From a virus (lineage: Duplodnaviria; Caudoviricetes), in the IMG/VR virus record IMGVR_UViG_3300005937_000014, positions 4,363 through 68,362 of that record: a DNA stretch of 64,000 nt; one strand, written 5' to 3'. The notes beneath the pieces were generated by a model. That model searched no databases. It saw only the letters and a list, made by a program, of their open reading frames with translations, and was not told the DNA's origin. The translations under genes were made by a program, and so were the position numbers. Positions 9,796 to 18,570 of the stretch are shown piece after piece (within the stretch, counting starts at the first letter, position 1; the number at the start of each line of letters is the position of its first letter).

Positions 9796-10071
9796 GTGCT
9801 CGGGATCGCCAATCCCATCAACTGGGCTGGGTTCGCGGCGGTGCTTACGGCGTTCGCTGGGCTGATGGCGGCGTACGCGGCCGTCGTCAGGGCCAGGAGA
9901 GAGACGAAGCACCAGGCCGATGACGAGTGCCTCGAAAAGCTCAAGCTGGCTCGGGAGGACTTCGTGAAGTCGTCTGACGAGCTATACGAGTTGCGCAAGC
10001 AGCAGGCCATGTCGAGGGACGTGCGGCCCGAGGAGAACAACGACATGGAGCGGTGGTCGCACCTGCCATGA
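9796..10071 (+). CDS. Membrane protein (holin- or spanin-like)
   Basis: One N-terminal TM helix followed by a charged coiled-coil segment; upstream -10 TATCCT. Confidence 0.55.
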   Translation: MLGIANPINWAGFAAVLTAFAGLMAAYAAVVRARRETKHQADDECLEKLKLAREDFVKSSDELYELRKQQAMSRDVRPEENNDMERWSHLP

Positions 10072-10430
10072 GGACGTGGTTCCTGACGATCCTCGGCCTC
10101 TCGTTCGCGAGCCTGGCGGGCATCCTCGCCGCCGTGGCGCTCGGCGTCACGAGCCAGCAGGAGCCGACCCAGACCGTCACCATCGACGTGGCGACCGGCC
10201 CGCAAGGCCCGCCCGGCGAGACGGGGCCACAGGGGCCAGCCGGTCCGGCCGGGCCGCAGGGCGAGACGGGGCCGCAGGGGCCGGTGGGGGAGACTGGACC
10301 AGTCGGACCAGCCGGGCCGCAGGGGCCAGCAGGTGACTTCTCGTGCCTCGCGGGCTACTCGCCGGGCATCCTGATCCTGAACGCGCCTGGGGGCCAGGTC
10401 AGGCTCTACACGTGCATCGCTAACCCATAG
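10068..10430 (+). CDS. Membrane-anchored collagen-like (Gly-X-Y) protein
   Basis: N-terminal TM helix, about 15 G-X-Y triplets ([13 protein letters not shown]...), C-terminal C...C motif. Confidence 0.7.
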   Translation: MRTWFLTILGLSFASLAGILAAVALGVTSQQEPTQTVTIDVATGPQGPPGETGPQGPAGPAGPQGETGPQGPVGETGPVGPAGPQGPAGDFSCLAGYSPGILILNAPGGQVRLYTCIANP

Positions 10431-10489
10431 CGCGCGCGGCCGTCCGACGGTGCTGGTACGTTGCGAGCACCTGACCGAGAGGAGCACGT

Positions 10490-10963
10490 ATGGCAGCCAG
10501 CATCAACGCGGTCGTAGTCGTGGGGAACCTGACGCGCGACCCCGAGCTACGTCACACCCCGTCCGGGATGCCGGTCTGCTCGATGCGGATTGCCGTCAAC
10601 GACCGGGCGAAGGACAACGCGACCGGCGACTGGGTTGACCGCCCATACTTCTTCAACTTGACCGTCTGGGGCCAGCAGGGCGAGTCCTGCGCCCAGTACC
10701 TCGCCAAAGGCCGCAAGGTCGGCGTCCACGGGAAGCTGACCTGGCGCGAGTGGGAGGACCGCGAGACGGGCAAGAAGCGCGAGGCCGTCGAGATCACTGC
10801 GCTCGACGTGCAGTTCCTCTCGCCGCGCGGCGAGGGCGACAACGGGGGCAGCTACCGCGGCGAGGACTACACGCCCGCCGGGGCCGGGAGCTACACCTCG
10901 ACGGCCGGGGGTGACAGCGACTTCGCGCCCGAGCACGATCCCAACTCGGACATCCCGTTTTAG
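10490..10963 (+). CDS. ssb: Single-stranded DNA-binding protein
   Basis: INAVVVVGNLTRDPELR, KGRKVGVHGKL..REWED, acidic tail ending SDIPF. Confidence 0.95.
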   Translation: MAASINAVVVVGNLTRDPELRHTPSGMPVCSMRIAVNDRAKDNATGDWVDRPYFFNLTVWGQQGESCAQYLAKGRKVGVHGKLTWREWEDRETGKKREAVEITALDVQFLSPRGEGDNGGSYRGEDYTPAGAGSYTSTAGGDSDFAPEHDPNSDIPF

Positions 10964-10965
10964 GG

Positions 10966-11226
10966 GTGCCGAGCTTCTACTACCTGACCAAGCCGCGACG
11001 GTTGGCGCTGGAGCGGCTGGACGAGGCCGGGAGGCCGGTGACGACACACGAGATCGGCGCGCTGCTCCGGCGTAGGCTGCCTGCCTCGGCGCGCGGCGAC
11101 TTCGGTCGCGCGAACTACACGCTACGCAAGCTGGCCGAGCACGGGCTGGTCGAGCGGCACAAGCAACCAGGGAGCGTCGCGACCTGGACGATCACCGAGA
11201 TCGGGAAAGGGGCGCTGGACACATGA
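10966..11226 (+). CDS. Winged-HTH protein
   Basis: VTTHEIG...ANYTLRKLAEHGLVERH....TWTITEIG wHTH pattern. Confidence 0.6.
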   Translation: MPSFYYLTKPRRLALERLDEAGRPVTTHEIGALLRRRLPASARGDFGRANYTLRKLAEHGLVERHKQPGSVATWTITEIGKGALDT

Positions 11227-11633
11227 GCAGCATCTTCGTGGGAGACACGATCACCGGCAGCGGCACGCTGCGCGTCACCGACTGCCCGACCTGCGGAGTC
11301 GTGTACGCGATCCCCGACGGCCTCTACAAGCGTGGGAAACGCTACAAGGAGAAGGTGTCGATCTACTGCCCGAACGGCCACACGTGGCACTACATGGGTA
11401 AGACGCACGAGCAGGAGCTACAGGGCTTGCGCGACGAAGTGGCCCGCGAGCGCGCGGCACGCGACCAGGCCGAGGCGAACGAGCGGGGTCAACGCGCGGC
11501 TGCCACGCGGGCGCGGAACGAGCGGGACCGGCTCAAGCAGCGCGGCGAGGCGGGGGTGTGCCCGCACTGCAACCGGACGTTCAAGCAGCTAGCCCGGCAC
11601 ATGCACTCGAAGCATCCCGAGCACGCGCGATAG
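11223..11633 (+). CDS. Zinc-finger/coiled-coil protein
   Basis: CPTC, CPNGH, and a C-terminal CPHC..TFKQLARHMHSKH (C2H2). Confidence 0.65.
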   Translation: MSSIFVGDTITGSGTLRVTDCPTCGVVYAIPDGLYKRGKRYKEKVSIYCPNGHTWHYMGKTHEQELQGLRDEVARERAARDQAEANERGQRAAATRARNERDRLKQRGEAGVCPHCNRTFKQLARHMHSKHPEHAR

Positions 11634-11675
11634 GGAGAGCGAACGCAGCCTGATCGAGTCCGGCGAGGAGCAGGG

Positions 11676-12179
11676 ATGACACGCAGGTATGCAGAGCGGA
11701 CGACCGTTCCGGTCGAGCGGTCGCGGAACGAGATCGAGCGCACGCTGGCGCGCTACGGCGCGGAGCAGTTCATGTACGGCTGGACGCGGCAGGGGGCGCT
11801 GATCGCGTTCGTGGTGACGCTGGAGTCCGGGCAGAAGCGGCAGGTGCGCTTTGAGCTTCCGCTGCCCTCACGTGACGAGCAGCGGTTCCAGTACCACTCG
11901 CGCGGCAAGCGCACCCCGGCGCAGGCCGAGGCGCTCTGGGAGCAGGCGTCGCGGTCGGCGTGGCGCGCGCTCGGCCTCGTGATCAAGGCGAAGCTCGAAG
12001 CCATCGCCGCCGGGATCGCCACGTTCGAGGACGAGTTCCTGGCCTACACGATGCTGCCCGACGGACAGACGGTCGGCTCGTGGCTCGGGCCACAGATGGA
12101 GGCGGCGTACGATCCCGACCGCGGCGTGATGCCGTCGGGCCTGCGCCTGGCGCTCCCGGCAGGCGACGACGAGGACTAG
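11676..12179 (+). CDS. Conserved hypothetical phage protein
   Basis: YAERTTVPVERSR.EIE...WRAL.LVIKAKLEAI..GIATFEDEFL, a widespread phage family of unknown function. Confidence 0.7.
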   Translation: MTRRYAERTTVPVERSRNEIERTLARYGAEQFMYGWTRQGALIAFVVTLESGQKRQVRFELPLPSRDEQRFQYHSRGKRTPAQAEALWEQASRSAWRALGLVIKAKLEAIAAGIATFEDEFLAYTMLPDGQTVGSWLGPQMEAAYDPDRGVMPSGLRLALPAGDDED

Positions 12180-12346
12180 AGTGTGACGTGCGTCCTGCCA
12201 CCCTTCCCCGAGGCCCGGCTCACCCTCAGCTTCTGCCGCAGGAGTCCGAGGACACGAACCCGCGAGCCGCGTCTCTCTCCCGGCGGGACGCTTACCCAGA
12301 GGGGCGCTACACCGCAGAAGCGCCCCTGCCGTCCGGTGGCGGGACT

Positions 12347-12365
12347 ACACTTTGTGTGCTACGGT
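12347..12365 (+). promoter_or_regulatory. Repeated operator/-10 element (ACAC-ttt-GTGT-gc-TACGGT) upstream of ku
   Basis: Palindrome arms are conserved while the central N3 changes to ttt. Confidence 0.75.
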
Positions 12366-12403
12366 GACCACCGTGTGTGAATCGACCAGGAGGTAGTCCA
12401 GGA

Positions 12404-13453
12404 ATGGCAAGCACGATCAGAACGATGATCCTGAACGTCGGGACGCTCAGCGTCCCCGTGGCGCTGCGGACGGCGTCCGAGAAGAAGCTGCCCGCGTTCT
12501 CGACCGCGTCTCCCTGGGGCCACCGGTTCGAGAAGCGCGCCGCCACGAACGGCGACGGCGACCTGCGTGAGAAGCTCGTGGAGTCGCTGGACGACGCCAA
12601 GGCCGTCGCGGAGGAACTGGGCACGAGCGCCGAGGCGGTGCTCGCGACCGCGAGCGCGCCGCAGTACGTCGATCTCGTGACCGGCGAGGTGTTCGCGGAG
12701 GAGCAGGTCCAGCGCGGCGTCTGGGACGGCGACACCTTCTACGCGCTCGACGGCGAGGAGATCCGCCGGATAGACGAATCGCTGGCGCAGCCCGACCTGA
12801 CGATCCAGCAGTTCGTGCCGCTCGGCTCGATCCCCTGGGAGCGCGTGAAGGGCGGCTACTACCTGATCCCGAACAAGGGCGCGGGCCTCAAGGCGCTGAA
12901 CCTGCTTCGCTGCGCGTTGGAGCAGACCGGCAAGGCGGGCGTCGCCCTGCTGATGCCGAAGTCACGTGTCCACCTGGCGATCATCTACGCGGCCCACGGC
13001 GGCGTGATCATCTCGACGCTCGCCTACGCCGAGGAGTGGAAGCAGGTGCGCGAGGGCGCGGCGACGCTCGAAGATCCGCGCGGCGAGCCGAGTGAGAAGG
13101 AACTCGACCTGGCGGTGGCGCTCGTGAACGCACTCTCCGAGGACGACGCCGAGGCGCTCGACCAGATCGTGGACCTCCAGGCGCAGGCGAAGGTCGAGTT
13201 GATCGAGCAGGCGAAGCTCGGGGAGCCGCTCACGCTCGACGCCCCGGCGTCGGCGGCGAAGGTCGGCGCGACCGAGCGCGGCGAGACGCTGCTGGAGCAG
13301 AAGCTCCGCGAGTCGCTGGCCGCAGCGGCGAAGGCGAAGGGCAAGGACAAGACCACCAAGACTCCGCGGGCGCGCAAGACGGCGAAGCCGAAGCCCGCGG
13401 GCAAGGCTCCCGCTACCTCCGGGAGTAGGGCGCGCCGCCCGGCTCGGGCGTGA
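12404..13453 (+). CDS. ku: Ku-like DNA end-binding protein (NHEJ Ku/Gam family)
   Basis: LNVGTLSVPVALRTASE N-terminus, YYLIP...L.LLR.AL...GKAGVA...KSR.HLAII core, Lys/Ala-rich basic tail. Confidence 0.75.
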   Translation: MASTIRTMILNVGTLSVPVALRTASEKKLPAFSTASPWGHRFEKRAATNGDGDLREKLVESLDDAKAVAEELGTSAEAVLATASAPQYVDLVTGEVFAEEQVQRGVWDGDTFYALDGEEIRRIDESLAQPDLTIQQFVPLGSIPWERVKGGYYLIPNKGAGLKALNLLRCALEQTGKAGVALLMPKSRVHLAIIYAAHGGVIISTLAYAEEWKQVREGAATLEDPRGEPSEKELDLAVALVNALSEDDAEALDQIVDLQAQAKVELIEQAKLGEPLTLDAPASAAKVGATERGETLLEQKLRESLAAAAKAKGKDKTTKTPRARKTAKPKPAGKAPATSGSRARRPARA

Positions 13454-13454
13454 C

Positions 13455-13561
13455 GTGCCAGGTCGGTTACACACCGGTTGGAGGCCCGCTACGGCGGGCC
13501 TTCGCCGTTCTGGGCAACACGGCGTGAGCCACCCCTGTAGAGTCGCGCGACCCTCTACAGG
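13455..13561 (+). other. Multi-hairpin intergenic element (candidate structured leader or ncRNA)
   Basis: AGGCCCGC-tacg-GCGGGCCT, CGCCGT-N10-ACGGCG, CCTGTAGAG(13534-42)...CTCTACAGG(13553-61). Confidence 0.35.
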
Positions 13562-13572
13562 AAGGAGTGGTC

Positions 13573-13722
13573 ATGAAGGCCACCGCCATCATCCTCGCCG
13601 TCGTCCTGCTCGTGCTGGCTGCCCTGCTGGGGCACGTCGGTGAGTACCGCACGCTCGCGCACGTCGGTGAATACTTCACGTGGGTCGGAGCGCACGTCGG
13701 TGAGTACCGGATCGCCCGCTAG
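13573..13722 (+). CDS. 49-aa secreted-type peptide with three (A/G)HVGEY repeats
   Basis: RBS GAAGGAG. MKATAIILAVVLLVLAALLG-HVGEYRTL-AHVGEYFTWVG-AHVGEYRIAR*. The repeats use varied codons (GAG/GAA). Confidence 0.65.
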   Translation: MKATAIILAVVLLVLAALLGHVGEYRTLAHVGEYFTWVGAHVGEYRIAR

Positions 13723-13858
13723 GCCGTTCCTGCTGCCGGTGCTGTGGGGCTACACGCGCGAGCGCGACCCCGACCTGCTCATCTACCCGGACGACGACTT
13801 CGACCAGCGGGCGCTGGCCGTGATCCGGGAGCACGTGCCGTCGCTTCGCTGACAGAGA

Positions 13859-13904
13859 ACTGAGGCCCGCCCTCGCGAAGCCCCCCTTCCAGGCGGGCCT
13901 CAGT
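13859..13904. terminator. 13-bp inverted repeat between convergent genes
   Basis: ACTGAGGCCCGCC ... GGCGGGCCTCAGT. Confidence 0.65.
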
Positions 13905-13913
13905 CCCTCCCCT

Positions 13914-14129
13914 CTAGCTGCGAACTGGGATGAGCAGCGTCACCGGCTTGTCGTACTTCCAGGGCCGAGACGGCTTGCCAGTCGCAAGGTCGATGGCCTC
14001 GACGCCTGCTGGCGCGCCCGTCCTGGTCACGAGGTACCGCTTGCCGTTCGTGGCCCCCTCGAACATGTCACCGGCCTGCGCGTCCGCGAGCGTCTTGCCC
14101 TCCAGCCGCACGTACGACGAGTGAGTCAT
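13914..14129 (-). CDS. 71-aa protein, paralog of the N-terminal domain of 60549-60947
   Basis: RBS GGAGG. MTHSSY.R.EG.TLA.A.AG..F.G...GK.YLVTRTGAPAG.EAIDLATGK...PW.Y is shared with the 60549 gene. Confidence 0.8.
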   Translation of the reverse strand: MTHSSYVRLEGKTLADAQAGDMFEGATNGKRYLVTRTGAPAGVEAIDLATGKPSRPWKYDKPVTLLIPVRS

Positions 14130-14158
14130 GTGATGCCTCCAGTGGTCGATCTCTCTGA

Positions 14159-14219
14159 GGGCTAGTGACTCCGGCGGCAAGGGCGCACAGCGGACGGCTT
14201 CGGCGGGTCAGTAGCTCGC
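14159..14219 (-). ncRNA. Conserved 61-nt 5' leader, copy A (candidate cis-regulatory RNA)
   Basis: 58/61 identical to 60460-60520; begins right after the -10 TACGGT; nested inverted repeats. Confidence 0.55.
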
Positions 14220-14329
14220 CTACCGTATCCGTCGCTCACGACGTGTGCCATCCCCCGCCTGGGGGAGTCTCACGCCGTGTCGTCCGCCCGGCGGTGTAGG
14301 GTCGGGTATCACCGACCGAGAGGGGCACC

Positions 14330-14767
14330 GTGAGCACCGAGGTAGCCGAACGCAAGACCGTGAAGGACCGCCGGGCCGACCTGGCGAGGTGGCGCGCGAA
14401 CGTCGAGTCGAGCACTGCGAGCTACGCGACCGGCGAGTGGAAGGCGAAGGCGCTGCGCACCGTCGAGCGGCGCGAGCGGCGACTCGCCTCGTTCCCCGAC
14501 GAGATGGCGCTGCTGACCTACAGCGAGGCGATGCGCTCGCCGCTGATCCTGCCGGTCGAGAAGGCGGCGATCCGCTGGCAGTACCGCTCCTCCTGGCAGC
14601 AGGGGTCGTTCTGGACGGCGCTCTGGGAGGCGATCTCGTGGGCCGACGAGGAGCACCTGACGAAGCTCGCGCTGGGCTACCCGACCGAGGTCGAGGCCGT
14701 CCGGCGCTGGCGCGACGAGCCGGGCTTCTCAGACATGGTCGAGGGGCTGCCGCTCGCGTTCGAGTAG
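14330..14767 (+). CDS. Hypothetical protein
   Basis: TAGGGT -10 (~14296), RBS GAGGGG, good codon bias. Confidence 0.65.
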   Translation: MSTEVAERKTVKDRRADLARWRANVESSTASYATGEWKAKALRTVERRERRLASFPDEMALLTYSEAMRSPLILPVEKAAIRWQYRSSWQQGSFWTALWEAISWADEEHLTKLALGYPTEVEAVRRWRDEPGFSDMVEGLPLAFE

Positions 14768-14784
14768 AAGTCGAGAGGAGGGGC

Positions 14785-15123
14785 ATGGCAACGACCGAGC
14801 AGGAGACGGGCAGGGGCAAGAAGGCGGACACGGCCGAGGACGCCGTCGTCGCCGCCGAGAGCGACGGGAAGTCCCGGCAGGAGACGCTCTACGTGATCCT
14901 GCACCAGCCCGAGGAGGGCGACACGTGGGTGCGGATCGAGGGGTACACCACGGCAACGAACAAGGACGCGGCGGTCAACGCCCACCTCGAAACGCTGCCG
15001 CCGCTCGGGGAGGGGAAGCGGAACGGGCGCTGGAAGGCGATCTCGTCGTCCGCCTGGCGTGGTGGAATCTCCATCGAGGAGATCACCGAGGTGCGCGCCA
15101 AGAAGTCGGAGATCAACGACTGA
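14785..15123 (+). CDS. Hypothetical protein
   Basis: RBS GAGGAGG, ATG 14785. Confidence 0.65.
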   Translation: MATTEQETGRGKKADTAEDAVVAAESDGKSRQETLYVILHQPEEGDTWVRIEGYTTATNKDAAVNAHLETLPPLGEGKRNGRWKAISSSAWRGGISIEEITEVRAKKSEIND

Positions 15124-15126
15124 GGG

Positions 15127-15465
15127 GTGGTGGAGGCCGCGCTGCGCGACAGCCGCGACCTGCGCGACCCCGAGCAGATCGGGCTGCGCCTGTTCACTCT
15201 CCGGGATGGGGACAGGCGCAGCCCGGCGCACGTGCTGGCGGACCGGCTCGACCGGGGCGGGCAGGTGCCGTCCTACCTGGAGGCGCGCCCCGAGGACGTG
15301 TTCCCGAACCTGCACACGCCGGGCGAGCGGGTCGCACGCGCCGCGCTGCTCGCCGCCGACGAGGAGCCGCTCGACCTCGCGGTCGCGATGTGCCCGAACT
15401 GTGGCAACGCCATCGAGGAGTGCCGGTGCGAGTCGAGTGCTGGGGCGGGCCGCTCGACGGTCTGA
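15127..15465 (+). CDS. Hypothetical protein with C-terminal CxxC
   Basis: Closely packed ORF; CPNC....C.C. Confidence 0.5.
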   Translation: MVEAALRDSRDLRDPEQIGLRLFTLRDGDRRSPAHVLADRLDRGGQVPSYLEARPEDVFPNLHTPGERVARAALLAADEEPLDLAVAMCPNCGNAIEECRCESSAGAGRSTV

Positions 15466-15719
15466 ACTTCGGCTCCTCGCTCGCCTCGCTCGGGTTCGTG
15501 TGGATGAGCAAGAGCGGGCGGGCCTACCGGCAACCCCGCGAGGGGATGCACCTGTACCGGCGGATGGGCCGGTCCGGCAGGGTCGTGATGTTCGGCTACG
15601 CCGGGCACACACACACCATCTGCGCCGCGTGCGGGGTGTTCACGCGCAAGACGCCGCGGCGACGCTGTGGCCTCTGCAACGCTGTTCTCGTAGGTGAGGG
15701 AGCGCACGACGAGGGGTAG
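15426..15719 (+). CDS. Hypothetical protein (WGGPLDG motif, zinc ribbon)
   Basis: GGPLDG start motif typical of small phage proteins; CAAC...CGLC. Confidence 0.45.
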   Translation: MRVECWGGPLDGLNFGSSLASLGFVWMSKSGRAYRQPREGMHLYRRMGRSGRVVMFGYAGHTHTICAACGVFTRKTPRRRCGLCNAVLVGEGAHDEG

Positions 15720-15729
15720 ACTCGGCGGC

Positions 15730-16335
15730 GTGGCGAGGCCGCGCGCGAAGTCCAAGAGCCTGGAGGGAGAGGCGAAGGCCCAGACCAAGGCGACGCGCTC
15801 GCCCAAGCCGCGTGCCGGTCGCAAGTACCTGACGCCCGCCCAGCTTGCCAAGCGCAACGCGGCCATCGTCAACGCGCGGATCGTGCTCGACTGGACGTGG
15901 ACGCGGATCGCCCACGAGTTCGGGATCGGGGAGCGCACCGCCCGCGGCGTCGTCGCGGACTACCGAGCCGAGAACCTGCTCGGGCTGGACGAGATCGAGG
16001 CGAACGCCGAGGTCTGGGAGATCCTCGCCGGGCACGACGCGCAACTGGAGCGGTACCGCAATCTGCTCGAACGCGCCCGCGCGAAGCACAACTACATGGC
16101 CGAGATCGCCGCCGAGAAGGGCATCCGCGACACGCGCCGCGAGCGCACGAACGTGCTCCAGGAGGTCGGGGCGCTGCCGAAGAACCTGGGCAAGCTCCAG
16201 GTCGAGCACGAGGTGCGCGTGGTCGTGCAGAAGGTGATGGGCGTGCTGGACGAGGTCGAGCGCGGCGACTTGCAACCCGGCGAGGCGAAGCGCAGGCTGG
16301 CCGAGATGATCGGCGCGGCCGTCACCCCGAACTGA
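15730..16335 (+). CDS. terS: Probable terminase small subunit (HTH)
   Basis: HTH WTRIAHEFGIGERTARGVV; position directly upstream of TerL with TGATG overlap; -10 TAGACT 7 nt before the GTG (leaderless). Confidence 0.65.
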   Translation: MARPRAKSKSLEGEAKAQTKATRSPKPRAGRKYLTPAQLAKRNAAIVNARIVLDWTWTRIAHEFGIGERTARGVVADYRAENLLGLDEIEANAEVWEILAGHDAQLERYRNLLERARAKHNYMAEIAAEKGIRDTRRERTNVLQEVGALPKNLGKLQVEHEVRVVVQKVMGVLDEVERGDLQPGEAKRRLAEMIGAAVTPN

Positions 16336-18173
16336 TGCGCTCCCGCGCGCCGCACCGGCCCGGTGGCTGGGCGAACGTCCGCTACCGCCGCTCCTCCGAC
16401 GGCGTGGACTACGAGGGCGTCAGCGTCGAGGATGCGCTGCGCGAGTCGCTCGCCATCGACCTGCGCGAGACGGAGAACCTGCGCCAGCCGTTCTTCCCCT
16501 GGGCAACGCGCATCCACGAGCCTAAGACCGGCCCGCTCGACTTCACGCGCTTCCCGTTCCAGCGCGAGCTTTACACCGACGAGTTCGCCTACGACGCCGA
16601 GGGCGTGATCAAGAAGGCGACGCAGGGCGGGCTGAGCGCCTGGCTGATCCGCTGGACGCTGTTCTTCCCGGACACGAAGGGCTGGACGAGCCTGTACGTG
16701 TTCCCGAAGGCGAAGCAACTCAACGAGTTCTCCGACCAGCGCGTCAAGCCGCTGATCGAGCGCAGCGAGTACCTGCGCGAGCGCGTGCCCTACGGGTACG
16801 TGAACAACAAGGGCTTGAAGCAGGTCGGCCTCGGCTTCGCGAACTACCGCGGCTCGCAGAACAAGGACGAGTTGGACTCGGTGGACGCCGACGTGATCGG
16901 CTTCGATGAGTACGACCGGCTCGTGCAGGAGAACATCCCGGACGCCGAGCAGCGGATCACCGGCTCGCCGCACGGACTGATCCGCCGGGTCGGGGTGCCG
17001 ACGATCCCGCGCCGCGGGATCGCGCGCCTGTACGACGAGAGCGACCGGCGCAAGTGGCTCGTCAGGTGCGAGCGGTGCCGGATCGGCTGGCAGGAGATCG
17101 ACTTCTGGCACAACGTTGCCCAGGACGGCGACCGCGTGCGGATCGTCTGCTCCGGCTGCCGCAGGCCGCTCGATGTGCGCGAGGGCGAGTGGGTGCCGGG
17201 CGTGACCGAGGTGCAGCGCCCGCGCGGCTACCACGTGCCGCGGCTGATCGTGCCCGGCACGAACCTGGCCCGGATCGTCCTGCACTCCAAGCAGCGCAAG
17301 CCGTACGAGATCACCCGCTTCTTCAACAAGGATCTCGGGCTGGAGTACGCCAACCCGGAAGGGTCGCTGAACGAGGCAGCCATCGAGGCGGCACAGACGG
17401 CCGGTGGCGGCTACGAGCTTCCGCAGGGCTACCGGGGGGAGCGCCCGGTCACGTGCGGGATCGACATGGCCTCGACGCGCGCCGCGACCGTGCGGATCTC
17501 CGAGCACTTGGACGAGGAGACGAAGCGGGCGCTCTGGATCGGGGAGGTGGACGGCCGCAACCTGCGCGAGTTCATCGGGCGGCTGTCCGACCTGATGACC
17601 CGCTACCGCGTGAACATGGCGAGCATCGACCACCTGCCGGACGGCCGGGTCGCGCGCACGTTCGCCAACATGTTCCCCGGCATCGTCTACGTGACGGCGC
17701 TCTCCGGCCGACAGCAGAAGCAGATCCTGCTCGTGGACGACCAGCTACTCCAGGCGTCGGTGAAGCGCACCGAGGCGCTCGACGCGATGATCTCGATGGT
17801 CCGCGAGCAGAAGAACCACCTGCCCGTGACGCTGCCGGAGGGCTACGTCGAGCAGATGTGCGCGCCGCAGCGGTTCGAGGAGGAGGACGAGGAGACGGGC
17901 GAGGTGGACGTGGGCTACCTCTCGACCGGCCCGGACGACTACGCGATGGCCGAGGTGTACGACATGATCGCGACCGAGTTGTGGTGGATGCGCCAGACCG
18001 TGCAGGGCTACTTCCAGAAGCGGACGACCACCCTGGAGGAGCACGTGCCGTTCGAGCGCAGCGACCTCGACACCTACGGCGAGGACTCCGAGTTCAGTCT
18101 CGGCCCCGAGCGCGACATGACCGACACCGAGGAGGACTGGAAGCCGCTGGACGAGGAGTGGCCGCGGTACTAG
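16335..18173 (+). CDS. terL: Terminase large subunit (GpA-like family)
   Basis: FPFQRELY, KATQGGLS (Walker A-like), IGFDEYD (Walker B), VGVPT, CERC/CSGC zinc finger, nuclease motif TCGIDMA and GPDDYAMA. Confidence 0.9.
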   Translation: MRSRAPHRPGGWANVRYRRSSDGVDYEGVSVEDALRESLAIDLRETENLRQPFFPWATRIHEPKTGPLDFTRFPFQRELYTDEFAYDAEGVIKKATQGGLSAWLIRWTLFFPDTKGWTSLYVFPKAKQLNEFSDQRVKPLIERSEYLRERVPYGYVNNKGLKQVGLGFANYRGSQNKDELDSVDADVIGFDEYDRLVQENIPDAEQRITGSPHGLIRRVGVPTIPRRGIARLYDESDRRKWLVRCERCRIGWQEIDFWHNVAQDGDRVRIVCSGCRRPLDVREGEWVPGVTEVQRPRGYHVPRLIVPGTNLARIVLHSKQRKPYEITRFFNKDLGLEYANPEGSLNEAAIEAAQTAGGGYELPQGYRGERPVTCGIDMASTRAATVRISEHLDEETKRALWIGEVDGRNLREFIGRLSDLMTRYRVNMASIDHLPDGRVARTFANMFPGIVYVTALSGRQQKQILLVDDQLLQASVKRTEALDAMISMVREQKNHLPVTLPEGYVEQMCAPQRFEEEDEETGEVDVGYLSTGPDDYAMAEVYDMIATELWWMRQTVQGYFQKRTTTLEEHVPFERSDLDTYGEDSEFSLGPERDMTDTEEDWKPLDEEWPRY

Positions 18174-18267
18174 GCTGACCGTCGGCCGCGCTCCACAATC
18201 CGGTGCTGTCGTGAGTTCGCGCTCGATGATAGGTCGGTGGCTCGGAGCGCGGCCCCTCCTGGTTAGT

Positions 18268-18286
18268 ACACGATGTGTGCTACACT
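18268..18286 (+). promoter_or_regulatory. Repeated operator/-10 element (ACAC-gat-GTGT-gc-TACACT)
   Basis: Perfect copy with the conserved leader. Confidence 0.8.
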
Positions 18287-18323
18287 GCCCTTGTGTGCAG
18301 AACCGACCAGTAGGAGGTAGTCG

Positions 18324-18494
18324 ATGGCGACGTGGACAGTGGTTGAGCGCAAGATGACGTACGACCGCGAGACGCGCGAGTGGACGACTCACGAGCGCGT
18401 GATCGCGACGGGCGTTACGCAATCGGAGGCCAACCGGCTGATGAAGGGGGACCACGACCGGTCGGCGTATCCCGAGCGGGAGCGCACAGAGTAG
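18324..18494 (+). CDS. 56-aa hypothetical protein
   Basis: RBS AGGAGG, ATG 18324, TAG 18492. Confidence 0.6.
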   Translation: MATWTVVERKMTYDRETREWTTHERVIATGVTQSEANRLMKGDHDRSAYPERERTE

Positions 18495-18495
18495 T

Positions 18496-18524
18496 TTGAC
18501 AGACCACACGACGTTAGCTACCCT
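18496..18524 (+). promoter_or_regulatory. Canonical sigma-A promoter TTGACA-17-TACCCT containing a degenerate operator (ACAC-gac-GTTA)
   Basis: TTGACA 18496-18501, 17-nt spacer, TACCCT 18519-18524. Confidence 0.8.
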
Positions 18525-18570
18525 GTGCGTCGTGTGTGAACCAACCGACCAGTAGGAGGTAGTCAGCATC

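Noticed and set aside
13441-13533. tRNA or tRNA-Sec-like cloverleaf, or ZTP riboswitch (CTGGGCA)
   Set aside because: No TTCRA T-loop, no 7-nt anticodon loop, and the ZTP core elements are missing; kept only as a generic structured region.
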